From Tepidisphaera sp. (GTDB lineage: Bacteria > Planctomycetota > Phycisphaerae > Phycisphaerales > UBA1924), in contig CP051526.1 of NCBI GenBank assembly GCA_050916045.1, forward strand, positions 992,001 to 1,056,000: 64,000 nt of DNA, read 5' to 3'. The position numbers were made by a program, and so were the translations under genes. Positions 37,884-47,647 of the stretch are shown piece after piece (position 1 is the first letter of the stretch; each line of letters begins with the position of its first letter). The notes below the pieces were generated by a model, which did not search any database, was not told where the DNA came from, and was given only the letters and a program-made list of their open reading frames with translations.

Positions 37884-39149
37884 TCATCGCGCGAGCGGCT
37901 GCCACTTGAGGTGCGTGGCGCTCCGCCAGAGCCACTCGAGGGGGCCCGTGCGGAACACGCTCAGCCAGATCGGGCTCCAGATCAGCATCAGGAGCCACAT
38001 GCCGAGCACGAACCAGTAGACCTCGGCCCGCTGGAACTTGCCGAAGTAGCCCAGGCCCCAGCCGTAGAAGCAGAAGGTCATCACCAGCGACATCGCGAGG
38101 TAGTTCGTGAACGCCATCCGGCCGACGGCCGAGAGAGCGCCCGCGACAAACCCGAGCAGCCCCGAACGGACGAGCAGGATGAGCGTCGAAGCGTGGGCGA
38201 GAGCGATCGCGATCGAGCCGATGTAGTTCGCCTGGCCGCCGAGAGAGAACATGTGCATCGGCGGGAAACCCTCGGCTTCCGCGTGGCGTGCGGCAGGGAT
38301 GATGAACGCCAAGCCGATGCCGTAGCCGAGTATCGTGGTCGCGAGGTAGAGCGCGGTGGAGCGCTTGCCGGTGAAGAAGCCGAGCTTCATGAGGGCCATG
38401 CCGATGAGCATGAGGCCCACAGCACGCCAGGAGGTCCAAAGGAAGAACCCGAAGATCTGAGCTTGGATCGCCATCAGAGCGTTGTAGATCAGCGACCCGC
38501 TGAGGCCCGAGCGGACCTGCTCGACCTGTTGAGCGTATTGCTCGGGGGTGGGTGACATGCCCGCGCGGTGCTTCTCGGGGATCGAAGCGAGGAGTTCACC
38601 CATGCCCACGGCGATGAGCATGCCGAGGACGAGGACGGCGATACCCATGAGCATGAGGGTGCGCGGCTTGAAGTTTCGGACCGGGTAAAGCAGAGCACCG
38701 GTCAGTGCGTACACGAGGAGGATGTCGCCGAACCAGATGACGAACCCGTGCAGGAACCCGACGATCGCGAGGAAGCCGATGCGGCGGTAGTAGAGGCCGG
38801 CAAAACCGCCGGGCTTGCTCTTGGTCATGAGGATCAGGCCCCCGCCGAAGAGCATGGAGAAGAGAGCCATCATCTTGAGGTCGGCAAAGACGTGGGCGAT
38901 CCACCAGATGGTCGCGTTGGCGCCCACCAAGGGGCCGATGAAGGGCTCCGAGCCGGCGGCGTTGGGGCTTTCGTAGGAGGATGCCGGGTAAGCGAACGCG
39001 ATGATGTTCATCACGAGGATGCCCAGGAGCGCGAACCCTCGGATGACATCGACGGTGCCCTCGCGGTCGGCTTGGAGCGTGGGGGGAGCGGCGGGGGCGG
39101 GTGCGGGCGACGGGCGGGCGAGGGTTTGTTCGGTCACGGGCGTCTCCAT
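37884..39149 (-). CDS. DUF418 (YeiB-like) membrane protein
   Basis: DVIRGFALLGILVMNI, LFSMLFG, WFGDIL, GRMAFTNY, GPLEWLWR. Confidence 0.9.
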   Translation of the reverse strand: METPVTEQTLARPSPAPAPAAPPTLQADREGTVDVIRGFALLGILVMNIIAFAYPASSYESPNAAGSEPFIGPLVGANATIWWIAHVFADLKMMALFSMLFGGGLILMTKSKPGGFAGLYYRRIGFLAIVGFLHGFVIWFGDILLVYALTGALLYPVRNFKPRTLMLMGIAVLVLGMLIAVGMGELLASIPEKHRAGMSPTPEQYAQQVEQVRSGLSGSLIYNALMAIQAQIFGFFLWTSWRAVGLMLIGMALMKLGFFTGKRSTALYLATTILGYGIGLAFIIPAARHAEAEGFPPMHMFSLGGQANYIGSIAIALAHASTLILLVRSGLLGFVAGALSAVGRMAFTNYLAMSLVMTFCFYGWGLGYFGKFQRAEVYWFVLGMWLLMLIWSPIWLSVFRTGPLEWLWRSATHLKWQPLAR

Positions 39150-39196
39150 GGCTGACAATACCCGTCCTTGGGAACCGGCGGACTATCCTTGCGGCC

Positions 39197-40930
39197 ATGA
39201 CCGCTTCCTCCCCGATCGTCACGCGTTTCGCACCCAGCCCGACCGGCCACCTGCATATCGGCGGGGCCCGGACGGCCTTGTTCTGCTGGGCTTTCGCCCG
39301 GCGGAACGGGGGCAAGTTCATGATCCGGATCGAGGATACGGACGCGGCGCGGAGCAGCGAGGAATCGGCCCGGGGGATCCTGGCGGATCTGGCGTGGCTT
39401 GGGATCGAGAACGACCTTGGGCCGTACATCAAAGCGGACGGGTCGATCGGCGAGCGAGACTGGCCGGATGGACGGGTGGGGACGTTCTTCCAAGCACGGC
39501 GTGTCGCGATTTACAACCGGTACCTCGAGCAGCTGATCAAGTCGGGACGGGCGTACCCGGCTTTTGAGACCAACGAGGAGACGGAAGCGGCCCGCAAAGC
39601 CGCCGTCGCCGCCAAGCAAACGTACCGGTACGCCCGCCCCGCCGATGTTCAGTTCGGCGTGTTCAATGAGGCGATGGCCGAGCGGCTCCGGCGTGCGCAA
39701 GCGGGCGAGCGGCACGTGATTCGGTTCGCGGCTCCGCACGAAGAGATCGTGGTGCCCGACGAGGTGCTCGGGGATGTCAAGATCGCGCCGGGGGAGCTTG
39801 ACGACTTTGTCATCCGCAAAGCGGACGGGTTCCCGACGTACCACTTCGCCGTCGTGATCGATGATGAACTGATGGGTGTGACGCACGTGCTTCGGGCGCA
39901 GGAGCACCTCGCGAACACGCCGCGGCACGTCGCGCTCCAGAAGGCTCTGGGATTCCGGGTGCCGGTGTACGGGCACATGCCGCTGATCTTTAACACCGAC
40001 GGCACGAAGATGAGCAAGCGGGACAAAGCCAAGACGGCGCGGAAAGCGGCGAAGGATGCGATCGCCAAGGGCAAGCCGGCGGCGGCTCTCGCGGAGAGCG
40101 CCAAGCTTGACGCGAAGGTCGTCGGCGATTTCATCGCGGCCGAGAACGACAGCTTGGACACGGCGGAGAAGATCGCGGCTTCGCTGGGTGTCACGCTTCC
40201 GGAGATCGAGGTCTGGGACTTCCGCAAGAACGGCTACCTGCCGGAGGCGATCAACAACTTTGTCTCGCTTTTGGGCTGGAACCCGGGAATGAAGCAGGCG
40301 GACGGGAAGGACCTCGAGAAGTTCGACACGAAGTTTCTCTGCGAGCATTTCGGGATTGATCGGATCGGCAAGACCAACAGCAAGTTCGACCGGGCGAAAC
40401 TGCTCAGTTTCAACGCGGATTTCATCGGCGCGATGACGGACGAGCAGTTCGCGGATCGGTGGGTCGCGTGGATGCAGGAGCACGAGCAGGCAGCGGCGGC
40501 GACGATCGGCAGGATGCCCAGAGCGCAGCTTCTGATTTTGGCGCGGGCGCTGCGTCCGCGGGCGAAGACGCTTCGGGATGCGCTGCGGCCTGCGGCGTTT
40601 GCGATGGTGGGGGATTCGGCGTATCCGTTTGACCAGGCGGCGGTCGAGAAGAATCTGCTTGCGAACGACCAAGCAGGGCTGAAGCTGCTCGCCGAGTTCA
40701 AGCCCCGGCTCGAAGCGGCCGCAGAGTGGTCCCCCGAGGCTTTGACGGGCTTGATCGACGCGTTCGCGAAGGAGAAGGGGATGCCGAACCCCGGCGGAAT
40801 CGCTCAGCCGCTTCGCGTGGCGCTCACGGGGACGGGTGTGAGTCCGGGGCTGGGTGAGACGCTTGCGGTGCTGGGTAAGCAGAGTTCGCTGGCGCGGATC
40901 GAGCGGTGCCTGTCGCACGTGAAGGCGTGA
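39197..40930 (+). CDS. gltX: Glutamate--tRNA ligase
   Basis: TRFAPSPTGHLHIGG, RIEDTD, PTYHFAVVIDD, KMSKR, PLRVALTG. Confidence 0.95.
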   Translation: MTASSPIVTRFAPSPTGHLHIGGARTALFCWAFARRNGGKFMIRIEDTDAARSSEESARGILADLAWLGIENDLGPYIKADGSIGERDWPDGRVGTFFQARRVAIYNRYLEQLIKSGRAYPAFETNEETEAARKAAVAAKQTYRYARPADVQFGVFNEAMAERLRRAQAGERHVIRFAAPHEEIVVPDEVLGDVKIAPGELDDFVIRKADGFPTYHFAVVIDDELMGVTHVLRAQEHLANTPRHVALQKALGFRVPVYGHMPLIFNTDGTKMSKRDKAKTARKAAKDAIAKGKPAAALAESAKLDAKVVGDFIAAENDSLDTAEKIAASLGVTLPEIEVWDFRKNGYLPEAINNFVSLLGWNPGMKQADGKDLEKFDTKFLCEHFGIDRIGKTNSKFDRAKLLSFNADFIGAMTDEQFADRWVAWMQEHEQAAAATIGRMPRAQLLILARALRPRAKTLRDALRPAAFAMVGDSAYPFDQAAVEKNLLANDQAGLKLLAEFKPRLEAAAEWSPEALTGLIDAFAKEKGMPNPGGIAQPLRVALTGTGVSPGLGETLAVLGKQSSLARIERCLSHVKA

Positions 40931-40948
40931 TCTGTACCGCCGGGAGAA

Positions 40949-41320
40949 TCAAAGGACCAGTCGTTTGGGCTGGGCCACCGTTTTCTCGGTGGTCACGTTG
41001 CCGGTGTTGAGCGTGGTCGCGGGCTCAAAGAGCACGACCTCGACCTCCTGCTCCGCGACCGGCCTGTGCTCGACCCCTCGGGGTACGACCAGCATCTCAC
41101 CTTCACCGAGCTGGACGCGGCGGTCGCGGAACTCCATGACGAACGAGCCGCGGTGGACGAGAAAGAGCTCATCCTCGTGCTCGTGGGAGTGCCAGTCAAA
41201 CGCCCCGCGGAACTTGACGAGCTTGACCTGCTGGCCGTTGAGGTCGGCGGCGATCCGGGGGGACCAGTGCTCGGAAAACGTCGAGAAACCGTGAGCCAGG
41301 TTGATCTTGTCCGTCGGCAT
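40949..41320 (-). CDS. Cupin domain protein
   Basis: WHSHEHEDELF and VVPRGVEHRP cupin motifs. Confidence 0.9.
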   Translation of the reverse strand: MPTDKINLAHGFSTFSEHWSPRIAADLNGQQVKLVKFRGAFDWHSHEHEDELFLVHRGSFVMEFRDRRVQLGEGEMLVVPRGVEHRPVAEQEVEVVLFEPATTLNTGNVTTEKTVAQPKRLVL

Positions 41321-41385
41321 GGCGGAGTCTATTCGCCCGGGCTCGGGCCTCGCCGCGGGCTGGCGGATTTGGCTACGCTTGGCCC

Positions 41386-42135
41386 ATGGCGATTCTCATC
41401 CTTCAGCATGCTGCCCACTGCGGTCCCGGTCGTCTTGCTTCGTGCCTTCGTGACCATGGGTTCGCCCTGGACACCCGGCGTTTGGACCTTCCGGCGGACC
41501 ACCCGCTTCAGCGGGGCAAGAGGATCGGCGTGCCGACGGATCTCGACAACATCCACGGCGTGATCAGCCTGGGCGGGCCGATGAACGTGAGCGACAATCC
41601 GGCGTGGCTCGCGGCGGAGGTCGCTCTCATCAAGAAAGCCCACGAAGCCCAGCTTCCCGTGATCGGGATCTGCCTCGGGCATCAGATCATCGCGCACGCT
41701 CTCGGCGGGCAGGTCGGCCCGATGGACAAGCCGGAACTCGGGTTCCACGACGTTTCCCTGACCGTCCCGGCTCAGACCGAGACGCTGATGGGCGGCATCC
41801 CGTGGACGTGCCCGCAGTACTGCAGTCATGGACAAGAGGTCAAGCAGTTGCCCCCGGGCGCGATGCTCCTGGCTTCGAGCAAAGCGTGCAAGACGCAAGC
41901 CTACAAGGTGGGCTTGCGGACCTTCGGGTTCCAGTTCCACTTTGAGTGCGATCAGGCGATGATCGCGGAGCTTGAGAAGTGCGACACCGGCCTCAGCCAG
42001 TGGGCGCGGACGTCCGAAGCGCCGAAGGGTCACGACCCCGCGGCGGCGATGGAGATGTTCAGCCGCGCGGCCGACCGCTTGTGCGTGAACATCGCGGCGT
42101 TCCTCTTCCCCGTGAAAGCCAAGCTCTCGGCGTAA
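41386..42135 (+). CDS. Type 1 glutamine amidotransferase-like protein
   Basis: SLGGPM, GICLGHQ nucleophile elbow, FQFHFE (H-x-E). Confidence 0.88.
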   Translation: MAILILQHAAHCGPGRLASCLRDHGFALDTRRLDLPADHPLQRGKRIGVPTDLDNIHGVISLGGPMNVSDNPAWLAAEVALIKKAHEAQLPVIGICLGHQIIAHALGGQVGPMDKPELGFHDVSLTVPAQTETLMGGIPWTCPQYCSHGQEVKQLPPGAMLLASSKACKTQAYKVGLRTFGFQFHFECDQAMIAELEKCDTGLSQWARTSEAPKGHDPAAAMEMFSRAADRLCVNIAAFLFPVKAKLSA

Positions 42136-42139
42136 GTCC

Positions 42140-43258
42140 TCAGTCCGAGATCTCGTCGCGGTTGGGCTCCCGCAACGCGAGTCGCACCGAGCGGATCGCT
42201 TCCGCAAGCGTCGGTGGACGAGCGCCCCGAGCTCGTTGGCCAGCACCGATCCGGAATGCTTCGGAAAGCCATCCCACCAGCGTCGAATACGCCCGGCCGA
42301 TGGACATCGCCGGGTCGTAGACGTTCGTCGATTCCGACGTGATGCCGTTGAGCTCGATGATGATGAACCCCTCGCCTTTGCTCAGCGATTCGTCGCTGGA
42401 ATAGCGGAGATCGAAGCGCCCAAAGCCGAATCCGGGAATAAGGCTCGCGATCTCGTCCATCGCCCGCTCGAGGGCCGGGGTGATCAGGTGGGCTCCGTCG
42501 CGAAAGAGGGTGCCCTGGCAGTGGTTGCCCGCGATGCAGACCGGAACGCGTTCCCCGGCGGAGGGCACGCGGCTGGCTTGGGCTCCAAGGCGTGCCATGA
42601 ACCGCGACTGCTGCAGCCGCTTTCGCGGATCGCGGGCGATCAGGTCGGCGATGGTGGAGACGCCATCCCCGACGACGGCGGCGAAATCCTTCACGGTGAT
42701 CGAGAAGATGCGGCCGCGTTCCTCACCGGGCGACCGGACGAAGAACACTCCGGCTTCGCACGGGCCGGGATGGAAGGGCTGGATCAAGACGGCGTGGTCC
42801 AGAGGGCCGCGAGCGGCGGCGATGGCCGCGGCGAGATCGGCTTCGCATCGCACCAGCCGCACGCCGGAACCTCGGCACCCGCGGTCGGGCTTGACGATCA
42901 GAGGAAAGCCCCACTTTCGTTCCGCGATCCGCCGGAGAGCTTCGCCCGCTTCGGCGGGTTCAAGCCGGACCGAAGGCGTCACGCGCGGGTCGGGCATCAG
43001 GTCGAGGATCTCCTGCTTGGACTCTCCCGCGAGGCGGGCGAGCGGGTCGCAGGTGTTCGCGATCAGCGGAAGGGTCAGGGATCGGTGCTTCGCGGCGAGC
43101 CAGAGGTAGACCGGCGTCAGCGGCGCGTAGGCGGCCCACGTCGGCCAGAACTCCCAGTGAAGCAGCTTGGCAACCGAAGGCGGCAGCCACAAGCACGCAC
43201 GGTCACGCACCCGAGCGACAACCGACGGCGGCGAAGCCACGCTCACGACGCGCACCAC
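42140..43258 (-). CDS. ATP-grasp fold ligase of unknown specificity
   Basis: WEFWP N-terminal segment, FPLIVKPDRGCRGSGV, GNHCQG, FGRFDLRY, IIELNG. Confidence 0.8.
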   Translation of the reverse strand: MVRVVSVASPPSVVARVRDRACLWLPPSVAKLLHWEFWPTWAAYAPLTPVYLWLAAKHRSLTLPLIANTCDPLARLAGESKQEILDLMPDPRVTPSVRLEPAEAGEALRRIAERKWGFPLIVKPDRGCRGSGVRLVRCEADLAAAIAAARGPLDHAVLIQPFHPGPCEAGVFFVRSPGEERGRIFSITVKDFAAVVGDGVSTIADLIARDPRKRLQQSRFMARLGAQASRVPSAGERVPVCIAGNHCQGTLFRDGAHLITPALERAMDEIASLIPGFGFGRFDLRYSSDESLSKGEGFIIIELNGITSESTNVYDPAMSIGRAYSTLVGWLSEAFRIGAGQRARGARPPTLAEAIRSVRLALREPNRDEISD

Positions 43259-43989
43259 GCGGCGGAGCGTTCAAAGTCCAGCACAGCGGTGAAAGCCGTG
43301 TTCTCGACCAGATCCTCATAGCGCATGCGAGCGCCGCGAAGTCGGATCTCAACGGTGGTGATGCTCACCGTCCGCGCGTCGGGCCGCGCCATGTTGACGC
43401 TGATCTCCGGCCGCTGCGGCCATCGGTGGCGGTGGAAGAGGTCTTGGACGGGCGGTGAGGGCTTGGCGGCGACCATCGCGTCGAAAAGGTCGCGACGAGG
43501 TGCTTGTACGTGATCATCCCCGAGCCCCGACGAGGAAAGGACGAACGGCGTGCCGAGCGTGATGCCGTCGTCCTGACGTGGCGAACCTCGCCCGCCGGCG
43601 AGCTCAATGGCTTCGCGGCCGTCGCAGAGAAGCACCCGGAAGGGCGCGAACGCCGCGTGGTCGATCCGACGAAACTCCTCATGCGCGTCGGCGACCGTCG
43701 CTCCGGAAAGCAGCTTGGGAACCACCTCTCCGCGGCTGGGGCCGGGAACGCGTTTCGCCGGCGCGAGGCCCGGGTTGCGGTTGAGCAGGACAGCCAGGAC
43801 GCCCCGCGCGTTCACGCCGATCCACGTCCCGCCGCGGTCCGCATCCGTCGGCATCATGAAGGTCATGGAGCCGTCGTGGCGGATTTCCGGCGGCCGGGCC
43901 AGGCCCCGCGTCCGCTGTTCATCCCGGCTGCAGACCACCCGAAGCCCGGCGTCCGGCAAGCCGAGAGCGATCCCGGTCACCGTGCACAT
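43243..43989 (-). CDS. NRDE/TANGO2 family protein (Ntn-hydrolase-like)
   Basis: N-terminal MCT, SRDEQRTR, GGTWIGVN, SRGEVV, ARTVS. Confidence 0.85.
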   Translation of the reverse strand: MCTVTGIALGLPDAGLRVVCSRDEQRTRGLARPPEIRHDGSMTFMMPTDADRGGTWIGVNARGVLAVLLNRNPGLAPAKRVPGPSRGEVVPKLLSGATVADAHEEFRRIDHAAFAPFRVLLCDGREAIELAGGRGSPRQDDGITLGTPFVLSSSGLGDDHVQAPRRDLFDAMVAAKPSPPVQDLFHRHRWPQRPEISVNMARPDARTVSITTVEIRLRGARMRYEDLVENTAFTAVLDFERSAAWCAS

Positions 43990-44525
43990 CGGGCCTCCAT
44001 CGGCGTTCCCGCGGCGACGCCGACCTCGGCCGGACAGTCCACCCCGACCCGCGCCAGCATCATGCGGACCATGGCCAGGTGGTGCACGGTGTGATCGACG
44101 ACGTACATCAGCTCCCGCTCAAAGGTCGACTCCGCCCGGAGCGACGTTTTGGACTGAAGCACCAGCGTGGAAACGGTCACGCGCTCGCCGGTTCCGATCG
44201 AGCGGCTCGCGAGTGCCCGCCTCGATTCCGAGATGGCCGTCCGCGCGGCGTACGGTGAGCGCTCAATCTCGCTCCCGCGCTGCCGGGCTTCGTAGTCGAT
44301 CGCTCCCTCGCACGCCAGCAGATTCCGGACGTGGTCCAGTACGTGACGAAAGTGCCCGCCGATCGTGCTTCCAAAGCAGTGGTCGATCGAGGGATCCGCG
44401 TACCGCGAAGCGGGCATCCGGTCGAGCAGCTCGGTAAGTTGCGCGAGGTGCTCGTCGAGCGCGGCGGCCGCGAGCGTCCCCGCGTGTGCATCCGAGAGTT
44501 CATGGGTCGTGTCTTGGTTGGTCAT
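43977..44525 (-). CDS. DinB/YfiT-like metal-binding four-helix protein
   Basis: STIGGHFRHVLDH, IDYEARQR, RELMYVVDHTVHHLAM. Confidence 0.85.
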   Translation of the reverse strand: MTNQDTTHELSDAHAGTLAAAALDEHLAQLTELLDRMPASRYADPSIDHCFGSTIGGHFRHVLDHVRNLLACEGAIDYEARQRGSEIERSPYAARTAISESRRALASRSIGTGERVTVSTLVLQSKTSLRAESTFERELMYVVDHTVHHLAMVRMMLARVGVDCPAEVGVAAGTPMEARCAR

Positions 44526-44546
44526 GGGTTTGATTCCAATCGGCCC

Positions 44547-44942
44547 TCAGAGACGCGATCCGATGATCGGGAGGCTCCGCCGACGGATCAACACGACCAC
44601 CGATGAGCATACCAGCGTCACGATCGCAAGGGCGAAGAGCAGCCCGCCATCATCTTTGACGACGATCCCCAGTTTCGTGAGGTGTGAACCGATCGCCCCG
44701 ACCATCATGCCCACCGCCATCGCCCCGCCGATCGCGGCTGTCCTTGGGATGAGAAGGAGGACCACGGTGATCAACTCGGCCACACCGGCACCGATCCGGC
44801 CCCACGGCTCGACGCCCAGCGTCGTGAAAATGTAACGGGCTTCCTCGGCTCCGGTGAACTTGAAGAAAAGCGTCTGTCCGAGAATGGCGGCGGACGCGAG
44901 CTGACAGATCCACGATGCGATGTTCTGGCCCTTCGAGATCAA
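44547..44942 (-). CDS. DoxX family membrane protein
   Basis: AAGGAG RBS before TTG; QTLFFKFTGAEE, EPWGRIG, GAIGSHLTKLGI, DGGLLFALA. Confidence 0.85.
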   Translation of the reverse strand: MISKGQNIASWICQLASAAILGQTLFFKFTGAEEARYIFTTLGVEPWGRIGAGVAELITVVLLLIPRTAAIGGAMAVGMMVGAIGSHLTKLGIVVKDDGGLLFALAIVTLVCSSVVVLIRRRSLPIIGSRL

Positions 44943-45216
44943 GCGAACTCCTTTGGCTTTCGCTTGCGAGGACACGACCCCGGGTGGCCCGCGATCCGTC
45001 GTGTGGACCGATCCGCGGGGTCGTCGGACGCCGGGCAAGCGCCGGCATCCGCAGCTAGGATGCCGATGGGTGGCCCATGGTTTCGGTCGCGGATGAAGTC
45101 CCATGCCCGAATCTCGAAGTCCACGTCCGCCGACCGGCGGCTTCGGGCCTGGAGCGATGCAAACGAACGCCGATCGGGCCCAGGCCCGGTCCGCACGAAC
45201 GGAGCTCACTGGCCGC

Positions 45217-46281
45217 ATGTCCTTCGCACTGCACACCCCCGAGGATTACCTTCTCGCCCGAGATTTCTGCTCGTACGGGTACTTCCTGCTCCGTCCCAAT
45301 CGCTGGGACGTCAAGCGGCGGGTGCTGACGCGTGCGTTCGCCATCGAACGTTCGCCGGTCCTTGTGCAGGTCTCACAGCGAGGGCCGGGGGAAGCGATCC
45401 GCGTCGAGCCCTCCCGCCCGCTCATCGCCAAGCACCGATCGCTCATCGCTTCTTGGCTCACCCGGATGCTGCGGCTGGATGAACCCGCCTCCGAGATCGC
45501 TGAGTTCCACGCTTTGGACCCGCGGTGGAAGCAAGCCGGCCGCGGCCGCTTGATGCGCTCGCCCACCATGTTCGAGGACGTCATCAAAACGGTGACAAGC
45601 TGCAACGTCACCTGGCCGAGCACCGTGCAGATGAACCGCCGGCTGTGCGAGGTACTCTCGGGAGCCAAACCGGACGCTTCCGGCGAGATCACCGGGCCGT
45701 GTCCCTTCCCCGAGCCGGCAAGACTCGCCGCGACGCGCCCGCAGACGCTCCGGGCCCGGTGCCGCGTCGGGTACCGCGACAAGCGGATCGTCGAACTCGC
45801 CAAGCTCTTCCGAAGCGGAGCGATCAACCCTGCGTGGTTCGAAGACCCGACCACGCCGGATGATGCCGTGTTTGACGCGCTCATCGATCTGCCCGGCATC
45901 GGCCCCTACGCCGCCGCGAACATCATGCAGCTCCTCGGCCGGTACGGACGCCTCCCACTCGACACCGAAAGCGTGCGCCACGGCAGGACCATCCTCGGCA
46001 TGGAAGGAACCCCCGCGGCCATCATGAAAGCCGTGCACGCCCACTACAAGCCCTTCGGCAAGCACGCGTTCCGCTCGTACTGGTTTGAGCTCTGGGACTT
46101 CTACGAGTCCAAGCACGGGCCGGCGCACACGTGGGACCGCGACTCGACCGGCTCGCTCTTCACGGCGTCGCAGTTCTCCAAGGACGCCAAAACGGTCACG
46201 GTGAAGCCCGTGCCAAACAAAAACCCGGCTTCCAAGCAGCCGGGTCTGAAGACGAGTCGGAAGTCGGTCGCGAAGCGGTAA
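45217..46281 (+). CDS. HhH-GPD superfamily DNA glycosylase (AlkA/Ogg-like)
   Basis: RSPTMFEDVIKT, FPEPARLA, VGYRDKRI, HhH LPGIGPYAA followed by PLD. Confidence 0.85.
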   Translation: MSFALHTPEDYLLARDFCSYGYFLLRPNRWDVKRRVLTRAFAIERSPVLVQVSQRGPGEAIRVEPSRPLIAKHRSLIASWLTRMLRLDEPASEIAEFHALDPRWKQAGRGRLMRSPTMFEDVIKTVTSCNVTWPSTVQMNRRLCEVLSGAKPDASGEITGPCPFPEPARLAATRPQTLRARCRVGYRDKRIVELAKLFRSGAINPAWFEDPTTPDDAVFDALIDLPGIGPYAAANIMQLLGRYGRLPLDTESVRHGRTILGMEGTPAAIMKAVHAHYKPFGKHAFRSYWFELWDFYESKHGPAHTWDRDSTGSLFTASQFSKDAKTVTVKPVPNKNPASKQPGLKTSRKSVAKR

Positions 46282-46287
46282 GCGGCG

Positions 46288-47472
46288 TTACCCGTTCTTT
46301 CGCTCGAACTCACGCATGAAGTCGGCGAGGGCTTTGCAGCCCGCTTCCGGCATCGCGTTGTACATGCTTGCCCTCATGCCGCCGGTGGCGCGGTGGCCCT
46401 TGAGGCCGTCCAGGCCCGCTGCGCCGGCTTCCTTGCAGAACTTGTCGTCGAGTTCGGCGGTGGGGCAGCGGAAGGTGAGGTTCATCAGGCTTCGGGCTTC
46501 GGGGACGGCGTGGCCCTTGTAGAACGTGCTGGAATCGAGCACGTCGTAGATGTGCTTGGCTTTGCGGACGTTCCGCTCGAGGATCACGTCGAGGCAGTGG
46601 CGGCCGCCGGTCCCTTGAGCGAGGATCCACTTAAACACGAGGCCGCAGATGTAGATCGCGAAAGCCGGGGGCGTGTTCGGGCGGGACTCTTCCTTGGCGA
46701 AGGTTTCGTACTGCTGCATCAGCGGGAGCGGGCGTGCTTTGATCTTCGCGAGCTCATCCTTGATGACGACGACGGTCGTGCCGGCCGCACCCAGGTTCTT
46801 CTGGGCTCCGGCGTAGACCAAGCCGTACTTCGTAAAGTCGACCGGGCGGGAGTAGATGTCGCTCGACATGTCGCAGACGAGCGGGACGCCTGCGGGAGCG
46901 ACGGGGTCGCGCTGCTGCCAGGTGTTCTTGCCGCCCTCGATCCGATGCCACTCGGTGCCGTAGATCGTGTTGTTCGAGCAGAAGTGGACGTACGCCGGCT
47001 TGGCCGAGTACGTGGTCTGGGCGTCGGAGGGGATGTAGGAGTGGTTCTTGTCCTTGCTGGTCGAAGCTTCGTGGAGAGCCCCGTAGAACTTGCCGTGCTC
47101 CAGGGCTTTCTCCGCCCAGTAGCCGGTGGTGATGTAGTCGGCGGTCTGGTCCTGGGGCTTGAGGTTGGCGGGGACCATCCAGTTCTGAGCGGTCGCGCCG
47201 CCGGTCAGGAACAGAACGTGGTAGTCCTTGGGCAGGTTGCTGATCTTCCGGAAGTTCTCGATCGCGTCGGCGAGGACCTTGTCAAAGACCTTGCCGCGGT
47301 GGGAGTGCTCGAGGATGCCGATGCCCGAGCCCGCGATGTTCAGGACGTCGGTCTGGATCTGCTGGAGGACTTCCTCCGGCAGGCACCCGGGCCCCGCGGA
47401 GAAGTTGAAGATGCGGCCCGAAGCCGTGTTCGTCACGGACGGCTTGATCCCGGTGCTGGCGGCGGTGGTCAT
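46288..47472 (-). CDS. serC: Phosphoserine aminotransferase
   Basis: FNFSAGP, EHSHR, NNTIYG, DMSSDI, AGAQKNLG, GLKGHR...GMRASMYNA. Confidence 0.97.
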   Translation of the reverse strand: MTTAASTGIKPSVTNTASGRIFNFSAGPGCLPEEVLQQIQTDVLNIAGSGIGILEHSHRGKVFDKVLADAIENFRKISNLPKDYHVLFLTGGATAQNWMVPANLKPQDQTADYITTGYWAEKALEHGKFYGALHEASTSKDKNHSYIPSDAQTTYSAKPAYVHFCSNNTIYGTEWHRIEGGKNTWQQRDPVAPAGVPLVCDMSSDIYSRPVDFTKYGLVYAGAQKNLGAAGTTVVVIKDELAKIKARPLPLMQQYETFAKEESRPNTPPAFAIYICGLVFKWILAQGTGGRHCLDVILERNVRKAKHIYDVLDSSTFYKGHAVPEARSLMNLTFRCPTAELDDKFCKEAGAAGLDGLKGHRATGGMRASMYNAMPEAGCKALADFMREFERKNG

Positions 47473-47584
47473 CGCGGAAACTCCAGAAACTGGCGAAAAG
47501 GAACGTTCCAGTCGGGAAGTGTAGAACCGTGCCGGACGCGGGGGAAAGCTCGGTGCGTCGGGGTGTCCCTGTGGGCGTGCGGGC

Positions 47585-47620
47585 CAAAAGAAAGCGGCAC
47601 GGATCGCTCCGTGCCGTTTG
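47585..47620 (-). terminator. Rho-independent terminator after the sugar-binding protein gene
   Basis: Minus strand AAACGGCACGGA-GCGA-TCCGTGCCGCTTT followed by CTTTT. Confidence 0.7.
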
Positions 47621-47647
47621 CGGGGTCGAATCAAGCCGAAAAGGCCC

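Noticed and set aside
47473..47584. Riboswitch upstream of serC (also checked upstream of glyA, guaB, kbl, thyX)
   Set aside because: No recognisable glycine, purine, ZTP, THF or SAM aptamer consensus by eye; an Rfam scan would be needed to exclude one.
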